From Candidatus Poribacteria bacterium (lineage in GTDB: Bacteria > Poribacteria > WGA-4E > WGA-3G): 64,000 nucleotides of DNA. Below are positions 18,677-26,136 of the stretch, in pieces. The DNA is taken from the NCBI GenBank assembly GCA_963665235.2, contig CAXXLX010000001.1, positions 192,001 to 256,000 on the forward strand. The letters run 5' to 3'. The translations under genes were made by a program, and so were the position numbers. Under the pieces are notes generated by a model. It was not told where the DNA came from. It did not search any database and was given only the letters and a program-made list of their open reading frames with translations. Each line of letters opens with the position of its first letter. Within the stretch, counting starts at the first letter, position 1.

Positions 18677-19525
18677 CTATTTTCCGTTTTCAGTCAATTT
18701 TTGCCTGAATGCCTCGAGGGTGTCTACCTGTGCGGCTGTTCGGACGAGTGCGTCAAGCCGTTGGGGGTCTTCTATCCCCTCAAGGGATAACTGTAATTCC
18801 TCATTTGTGCCGATTCCGAATCGAGCGTCAAGGACACTCAAGATGTTTTTGACAGCAGTTTCTCGTTGTCCTTCTTGTTGTCCTTGTTCGAAGATATATC
18901 GATAAGTAGATGATTCAAACATGGGAACCTCCATAAGATGTTTGATTTCTTCGGGGTCAACGATTAACCCACTCAAAATCCATTGCCATAGTAGTAAGTT
19001 GTTTTGAACATCAGGGTCAAGGTCCAGCGTGCGTACCTGTTCGTGGCACCGTTCGACCCATTCCACCGCGGATACATCGTCCGGTCGCTTCATTAGGGGC
19101 GTGAATGCCAATTTAGCGATTAGCAATTGGCGATTAGCAATTGGCAAAGAAGAAGAGGACTCTGACGCGCGTTAGAGTTCTTATTAGAATCAGAAAATCT
19201 TGCCATAAGCCAATAGCCAATAGCCATTAGCCAGTTTCCGTTTCACTATTTCTGTTTCGGACTGGTTGCTGACTTGAAACTCTATATGCACTAAAACCTC
19301 TTTTCCATTAATTCGCACCTTCGCGAGGATATCCATGCGTCGTATTTCGACGGTGGGTAGTTCTGTATCGAGGTGTTCAATGAACTCGAGGTCTCGGATG
19401 TTTGTAAAATGTCGCAACAATGCTTCGGCGAACACGGCGAATATGCCTTTGCTTACAATATCGTAGCGTTGATGCGGTAATGCTTCGAGTAGTTGTCTAA
19501 AAAAATCTTTTGTCTTATCTTTCAT
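18677..19525 (-). pseudogene. Rpn/YhgA-like PD-(D/E)XK nuclease/putative transposase, disrupted
   Basis: N-part has RRMD...HIEFQ. C-part has FTPLM...MFESSTYRYIFEQGQQEGQRE...RFG. The middle is replaced by a heptamer-repeat element at ~19113-19233. Confidence 0.75.
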
Positions 19526-20295
19526 AGCGGGATGTTATCCTTCAAAACTGGGATAATTAGAAATGCATGTTAATATTATACACTGACTTGTAACGTTTGT
19601 CAATCGTTATTAGCGATTGGCAAATTGGCGATTGGAAACCAGAGGTTGTGATTCTAAGCAGGTTTTTGGCGCGCGTCTAAAATCTCTTTCTCTTGCCAAT
19701 AGTCAACGGTTTCCAATAACCAACATTCTATAAATATATCGCCCCGCTGGGGCTAGTTTGTGTGTTGTTTGTGTTTTCTATAAATATATCGTCCCTACGG
19801 GACTAACAGAGGGGATGGCATCTGCTGCTATAAACATACCGTCCTTGAGGAGCGGGCTGCTTGCCCGAATACTGGGATTAAAAGCAGGGGAGTTCTCTGC
19901 TGACTCTTCTGTAGGTGCGAGCTTCGCTCGCGATTTTTTGCCCTCGTTTATAGTGATGGGCCTCATGCGATCAGAAAATCGGTTTAATATATCAAAACAT
20001 ATCTCGATTGTACGGAGAACCAAGTGATATAATCTATCACAAGCACATCTCACTCTTGAGGAGCGGCCTGTTTTGCCAGTATTCAGACAAGCAGCCTGCT
20101 CCTCACACTAGAAAATCGGCATACACATATCTTTAAAATCCGCGTCATCCGTGTCCTCCGCGATAATTCGCGATTCAGATAACACACGCGAAATCCACCC
20201 TTCCACCCTTCCACCCTTCCATTTATCATAGTACAAAAACTTTACACACCCCCCATTTTTGGACGATCTTTTCAAAAAAACGAAAAATATGATAT

Positions 20296-20480
20296 ACTTA
20301 ATCAAATCGGAGAATTTGACATACTCCCCCAGCTAAAGCAAGGGGGATTCTTTTGAAAGTGAATCCCATGCTCTCTGGTGCGGATTGTGGGGTATAGACT
20401 TCGGGTGAAGTCTGCGAGGGCTGCTCGCAATAGCAAGGCTGACATCCTCTAATCCAAAGGTTGACGCCCCAACCTTTAAA
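20296..20480 (-). ncRNA. Predicted omegaRNA (reRNA) of TnpB; guide ~ATTCTCCGATTTGATTAAGT
   Basis: Inferred from established TnpB biology: the scaffold overlaps the tnpB 3' end and right end, and the guide is the flank beyond TCAA. The 5' boundary is approximate. Confidence 0.45.
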
Positions 20481-21749
20481 ATATTTATCGCAGCGTTAAC
20501 GTCACGATGGTGTTTCTGCGCGCAAGTAGAACAACACTATTGACGAACAGACAAGTCCAGCTGCTGTTTTCGCTGTCCACAGTGGCTACAAGTCTTAGAA
20601 GTCGGTTCAAAACGGTCAATATAGTGAACCTCTTTACCGTGTTTGACCGCTTGATGGCGCAACTTTTGATGAAACGAGTAGGGCGCAATATCAGAAACTT
20701 GACGACCCCAGATGCGTTTCATACCCTCAAAAGTCAACGTCTCAAAACAGAGGTCATCGTGTTCATGCACAAAACGCTTCGCGAGTTTCCAATGATGATC
20801 CTCACGTTGTCTCTTGATTTTACGGTGTTTGCGTGCCACATCTAAGCGGGAACGCTCACAGTTGTTGCTACCCTTTACTTTCTTAGCATGGGCACGTTGT
20901 GCCACAGACAAATCCGCCATAGAGGTTTTATAGAACTCAGGAGACGCATAGGCTGTGCCATCGGAACAGGTGAACATCGTTTTGATACCGAAATCATACC
21001 CTGCAGCACTACCCGTCTTAGGTAGGATTTCAGATACGGTGTCATCTGTTACAACACACATATAGAAGTCACCAACACTATCTGCTTTGATAGTGACTGT
21101 CTTAATATTACCTACTATCTCGCGGCTTAGATTAAACCGATATTGTTTTTCCATTATACGGACCCTATCACCATAGAAACTATAGCCAGAGGGGGACATT
21201 GTGAATGAATACGGTTTGCGCCATGAACGAAACTTAGGCGGACGCTTCGCAATACACTTAAAAAAACGCTGATACCCGGTGTCTAAACGCCGCAGTATAT
21301 CACGCGCCGCCCAAGAGTCTAACTCACGCCAATGCGAAAACACTTCAGGATGTGAGTTCCTAAGGACGGTAAAGGCACGCGACATCTCAGGAAGCGACAT
21401 ATACGCAAGACCAAGAGAATAGCGCGTCCGCTGCCAACCTAAAAAATAGTTACAAACATCATGGGCCACCCACGTTAAACGCTTGAGATTACGATTACGC
21501 GGGGCACGAAAAAGTTTGTATTTTGTGGTATACATCTAAGGGTATCCTGCCTTGAAAAGTTGCTACCTGCCTCTAAAAAGGGGCGGAGAAGTCTATAGTA
21601 CAAAAACTTTACATTTTTGGACGATTCTCCGCTAAGGCATTAAATAGAGTATACCCCATTTTTCAGGAAAAGTCAAATTAAAATTTCAACTCATGCACCG
21701 CTACTACATCCCCCAGCTAAAGCATGGGGGTTTTGTAGCGGAAGATTTG
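20316..21749 (-). mobile_element. IS200/IS605-family element, tnpB-only (IS1341-like)
   Basis: Near-identical subterminal hairpins CCCCCAGCTAAAGCA(A/T)GGGGG at both ends. Right end finishes in TCAA on the minus strand. Left end follows TTTAT. No tnpA. Confidence 0.85.
20333..21535 (-). pseudogene. tnpB: TnpB RNA-guided endonuclease with in-frame TAG at 20537-20539
   Basis: RuvC-I GYDFG, RuvC-II FETL and TSKTCSHCG. After the TAG the frame continues CCSTC..HHRDVNAAINIL to a stop at 20333. Confidence 0.88.
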
Positions 21750-21771
21750 ATAAACGTGGAAGGAATCTCAC

Positions 21772-23412
21772 ATGGTGAACAAACCCGGTCCTGTTTTCAC
21801 AAGTGTTGCCTTATTGAGCATCCTATTTGTCTGGTACGGATACGCGTACGGAGACCAGTACGGATACGCGGCAGACATTCAGTTTGTAGATGTTACGGAA
21901 GCAGCGGGTATCCGTTTTGAACATGTGGGGGGTATAGCGCATCGCGTAGTGCCCGCGCTTGTGGGTTCAGGGGCTGCATGGCGAGATTATGATGAAAACG
22001 GCACCCTGGATCTGTATATTGTTAACAGCGCGGCGGTGAGACCTGAACCGGGGACAATTCTTCCCAAAAACGCGCTTTACCGAAATAATGGCGATGGCAC
22101 TTTTACAGACGTGACGGATACCGCAGGCGTTGGGGACACGGGATGGGGCATGGGATGCGCCTTCGCTGATTATGATAACGATGGTGATGCTGACCTTTAT
22201 GTGACAAACTATAAAGCGAACGTCTTCTATTTGAACAAGGGGGATGGTACATTCAAACGTTTCACATCGGGTGCTGGCGGGATTGGCCATACAGGTTTTG
22301 GGGCAGGTATTGTGTGGGCGGATTACGATGCGGATGGGTTTGTTGAACTTTACTTCGGCAACTATATCGAGTATAGCAAAGTTCCACAGGGAGATGAGGT
22401 TTTCTTTCCTTACGATTTTTTCGGACAGGCGAATGTTCTTTATTTGAACAGAGGTGATGGCGGGTTCGTTGATGTTACCGATGCTGCGAAGGTTAATGGC
22501 GGGTTTCACTTAACGCTGGGGGTGGCCGCTGCAGATTATGATAACGATGGGGACCTAGATATATACCTCGCTAATGATACCGATCAGAATATTCTCTACC
22601 GAAACGATGACGATATGACGTTTATGAATACGAATCATCCGGACGCGAGAAGCGGTACGGGGGATATTCGCAGCGGAATGGGTGTCGCCTGGGGCGATTA
22701 TGATAACGATGGGAGGCTGGATCTGTTCGTTACAAATTGGCTCGATGAGAACAATGTGCTTTACCGAAATAGAGGGGATGGCACGTTTATTGATGTTTCG
22801 GCACAGAGCGGTGTTTTTGAGTCTGGACTCGGGAAGACCTGTTGGGGCACGGTATTTTTCGATGTAGATAACGACATGGACCTAGATCTGTTTTTCTCGG
22901 CTGGACATATTGACCCTGCCTCGTGGGAGAAGCATGGGCAGCCGGATGTGCTGCTCCGTAATAATGGCGATGGGACGTTCACCGATATATCTGAACGGGT
23001 GGGCCTTCGGCAGTTGAATTCACCGGGGGTTGGCAGAGGTGTTGCTGCTGGCGACTACGATGCAGATGGGGATGTGGATTTGGTGATTGTGAATAGCGGT
23101 GAAAAGCTGAGATTGCTCCGCAACGATAGCAGGAATAGACACAATTGGCTTCATATCCGCACTATCGGTGTGAAGAGCAATCGTGATGGGATTGGGGCGC
23201 GAGTCAAAGTTATCACAGGCGATATCCATCAAATTCGTGAGGTTGCTGCAGGGAGCAGTTATCTATCTCAGCACAGTCCGACGGTGGAATTTGGACTTAG
23301 CACTTATAACAAAGTTGATAGGGTTATTATTCAATGGCCGAGCGGTATCGTTCAGACGTTGAACGATATTGCGGTGAATCAGAGGTTGGTTGTGACGGAA
23401 AAGGTGGAGTGA
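21772..23412 (+). CDS. CRTAC1 family protein (FG-GAP/VCBS repeats plus ASPIC/UnbV domain)
   Basis: Multiple DYDNDGDxDLY and LYRNNGDGTFTDV repeats. C-terminal SNRDGIGARV...GSSYLSQ...FGL...WPSG. Confidence 0.93.
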   Translation: MVNKPGPVFTSVALLSILFVWYGYAYGDQYGYAADIQFVDVTEAAGIRFEHVGGIAHRVVPALVGSGAAWRDYDENGTLDLYIVNSAAVRPEPGTILPKNALYRNNGDGTFTDVTDTAGVGDTGWGMGCAFADYDNDGDADLYVTNYKANVFYLNKGDGTFKRFTSGAGGIGHTGFGAGIVWADYDADGFVELYFGNYIEYSKVPQGDEVFFPYDFFGQANVLYLNRGDGGFVDVTDAAKVNGGFHLTLGVAAADYDNDGDLDIYLANDTDQNILYRNDDDMTFMNTNHPDARSGTGDIRSGMGVAWGDYDNDGRLDLFVTNWLDENNVLYRNRGDGTFIDVSAQSGVFESGLGKTCWGTVFFDVDNDMDLDLFFSAGHIDPASWEKHGQPDVLLRNNGDGTFTDISERVGLRQLNSPGVGRGVAAGDYDADGDVDLVIVNSGEKLRLLRNDSRNRHNWLHIRTIGVKSNRDGIGARVKVITGDIHQIREVAAGSSYLSQHSPTVEFGLSTYNKVDRVIIQWPSGIVQTLNDIAVNQRLVVTEKVE

Positions 23413-23999
23413 GCGGGGATGTGTAAAGTTTTGGTACAAAGGATAGGTGAAGGGTGGAAGAGGAGAAGAATGGAAGAATGGAAGAGGGGAAGGATGGAAG
23501 GGTGGATTTCGCGGGTGTTGTCTGAATCGCGGAAGGCGCGGAGAACACGGAAGGCGCGGAAAAAAGAGGTTTGTTGCTAACATCTAACCATTTTTGTCTG
23601 AATCGCAGAGAACACGGAGAACACGGAAGGCGCAGATTGTCCGATGGGTAACAATCAAAGGTTTGTGATTAATACGCCCCCAATTTTTTAAAAATTTGAT
23701 TGACATTAATCGGAAATTTCGGTATAATTATAGAATTAGCAATTGGCTCATTGGCAATTGGCAAGAAATATAAGAGAAGAGAAGAAATATAAGAAAGAGA
23801 AGATTCTCTTTCTCTTTGTTCTCTTCCTCTTGCTATAGGTTTCCAACGGTTTCCATAAGCCAGCGAAGCTATAAACATATCACCCCGCCGGGGCTAAGAG
23901 TTGTGGGGTTGCATATTTCTATAGACATACCGCCCATACTGGGCTAAGACATCAGAACGCTTTTCAAACTAACGTTAGCTATCAATTTTTTTTTCACAC

Positions 24000-24300
24000 G
24001 GGGACTTGACGATGCAAAACGAATTGCTATTCAGAAATGAACGGAGCCGATATCTGTCATTTTTTCGGGAGTGTCTTATTGCGGTCCCCAAGGGGCATGA
24101 CTTAACGATTAGGAATTACCCCCCCCTTCATATTTTACAATCGTTAATTTTGTTTTACAAGGCAGCGCAGCAGGATTTACAAGCTGCAATACCTTCGCGC
24201 CTGTACGCGCCCTTCATTTTTATGGGGTGCTGCAGGCTTTTTTTGTTGCATTGTGGGTATCTACAGTGCATGTCTCTCTTATTGCGTTGCGCGTGTATAT
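24000..24300 (+). promoter_or_regulatory. Conserved ~300-nt non-coding leader element, copy 2
   Basis: Homolog of 15861-16168. Ends ~80 nt upstream of the malectin-like pair. Confidence 0.6.
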
Positions 24301-24380
24301 AGAAATTGTGCGCGATACCGAAGAGAAAATTTAATTGTTGTAGTAGGCACGTTTCGCCGTGCCGTAACAGGAGGAAACTG

Positions 24381-25028
24381 ATGCTACGAAGATTATTACT
24401 GATACTTCTATGTGCCGTTTTTGTAGCGGGTCTTGTTCATGATGGTATACCTGCTAAAGAGATTCGGGTTCGAGGCGGTCACGTGGCTGATTTTAAGGAT
24501 TCTAAGGGCCGTATCTGGTATGGCGGTCAAAATACTGACCAAGAGTGGGGCGGCTGGATTGAGAAATTGCCGCTTACAGCCGAGGTCGCAAACCTGACAG
24601 CTAATGCTAAAAATCTGGCAAAGCAGGAAGGTTACGATGAACCGCTCTTCCATGCTGTGAGTTGGGCAGCCTTTCCGGATGTCGTCAAGGTTGATTTGAA
24701 AACCGGGAGAGGTGTCTTCGACGTAACCTATCTGGTCGGTGAACATTGGTCCCCAAATAATCGCGGTTTTGATATTTTCATCGAAGATGAGAATGTTGAA
24801 CCGCTCTATGTCACACCCGGTAGAGACGAGATCGATATTAAGCGGTACGAAGGCATTGAGGTTAAGGATAGCGTGATGAGTTTCGTATTTGCTGGCAACA
24901 ATGCAACAGGCAAAGGCGATCTGAATGCTATGTTCAGTGGGATAGAGGTTATTCCTACGTTGGCTGTTGAGCCGGAGCGGAAACTGACGACAACGTGGGG
25001 CATCCTCAAAAGTGAACGACAAAACTAA
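24381..25028 (+). CDS. Secreted malectin-like domain protein with C-terminal TWG tag
   Basis: ATG after AGGAGG. RVRGG...DSKGRIW, GEHW...RGFDIFIE and NAMFSGIEV motifs. Ends AVEPERKLTTTWGILKSERQN. Confidence 0.8.
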   Translation: MLRRLLLILLCAVFVAGLVHDGIPAKEIRVRGGHVADFKDSKGRIWYGGQNTDQEWGGWIEKLPLTAEVANLTANAKNLAKQEGYDEPLFHAVSWAAFPDVVKVDLKTGRGVFDVTYLVGEHWSPNNRGFDIFIEDENVEPLYVTPGRDEIDIKRYEGIEVKDSVMSFVFAGNNATGKGDLNAMFSGIEVIPTLAVEPERKLTTTWGILKSERQN

Positions 25029-25045
25029 GATAATGGAGGTACATT

Positions 25046-25693
25046 ATGAGATTATTGTGCATTTTAACAGTAGCGATTTTTCTTGTAGGGGCCATCGGGC
25101 CGGCTGTGGTGTTGGCAGAGGAATACCGTGTCCGAGGCGGGCATGCGGGTGATTTTACCGATTCAAAGGGCCGTGTCTGGTATGGCGCGCAACAGGCTGA
25201 CCAAGATTGGGGCGGCTGGATTGAAAAAGCACCGCTCACCGCTGAAGTCGCTACATTGACAGATGATGCGAAAGCACTAGCGCAAGAAGCGGGTTACGAT
25301 GAGGCACTCTTCCACGCTGTGAGCTGGGCAGCATTCCCTGATACGGTTAAATATCAGTTCAAAACGGGCAACGGTGTTTTTGATGTAACCTATATGGTCG
25401 GTGAGCATTGGTCGCCTAACAATCGCGGCTTTGATATTATTATCGAAGAGGAGATTGTTGAAGCACTGTATGTCACACCCGGTAGAGATGAGATTGATAT
25501 TAAGCGGTATGAAGCGATTGAGGTGACAGATGGTACGCTCGATTTTAACTTTGCTGGCAACGGTGAAACAGGCGCAGGTGATCTGAATGCTATGTTCAGT
25601 GCGTTGGAGGCTGTGACATCGGCTGTTACTGCTGTAGATGCGAAGGCGAAGTTGACAACGACCTGGGGTGCGCTGAAAAGTAATCGCCAATAA
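25046..25693 (+). CDS. Secreted malectin-like domain protein with C-terminal TWG tag (tandem paralog)
   Basis: GGAGG RBS. Highly similar to the upstream gene. Ends AVDAKAKLTTTWGALKSNRQ. Confidence 0.82.
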   Translation: MRLLCILTVAIFLVGAIGPAVVLAEEYRVRGGHAGDFTDSKGRVWYGAQQADQDWGGWIEKAPLTAEVATLTDDAKALAQEAGYDEALFHAVSWAAFPDTVKYQFKTGNGVFDVTYMVGEHWSPNNRGFDIIIEEEIVEALYVTPGRDEIDIKRYEAIEVTDGTLDFNFAGNGETGAGDLNAMFSALEAVTSAVTAVDAKAKLTTTWGALKSNRQ

Positions 25694-25711
25694 ACGTTTA
25701 CCCGATAATAG

Positions 25712-25755
25712 AGAAAAGCCCGCAGCATTTTAGATGTCGTGGGCTTTTCTTTTTT
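25712..25755 (+). terminator. Intrinsic terminator
   Basis: AGAAAAGCCCGC-AGCATTTTAGATGTC-GTGGGCTTTTCT followed by a T-tract, just after the stop codon. Confidence 0.75.
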
Positions 25756-26136
25756 GCGATGGAAAGACATCGTGTGCACAGCACGCTCCTACATACGCCG
25801 ATGGGTTTTCCAAAGCGCAGTTACCCCAGCGGGGCGGAATATTTATAGAATGTTGGAAACCATTGGTTTATGGTTATTAGCAGTTAGCAAGAGGGTTGTG
25901 ATGCTAAGCCTATCTCTGCCGCGCGTCAAAACCCGCTTCCCCGCTTCCACCCTTCCATGCTTCCACCCTTCCACCTATCCCTTTGACAAGAACGTTGTGC
26001 CTCCCTAAAATTGTCCAAAGTTCAGTAATTTTTAATTTGACAATTTAAATTTTTTTGGGTATAATTAATTTTAGGAATGTAGCTTTTCCACATATTAATC
26101 TAGCCTGCAAATTTCTACAAAAACCGAAGGAAACGC

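Noticed and set aside
20537-20539. Pyrrolysine or amber recoding in tnpB
   Set aside because: The position corresponds to a usual Trp (TGG to TAG is one transition), and many genes here end in TAG. A nonsense mutation is simpler.
21624-21631. Self-targeting of the tnpB leader by the guide seed (ATTCTCCG)
   Set aside because: The match is only 8 nt and is not preceded by the predicted TTTAT TAM. It is compatible with chance.
24006-24302. ORFs 24006-24302 and 15855-16154 as a paralogous small-protein family (LFRNE..RYLSF, LHCG.LQC)
   Set aside because: The most conserved central nucleotide block is read in different frames in the two copies, and there is no clear RBS. Treated as non-coding, though a degenerate gene cannot be fully excluded.
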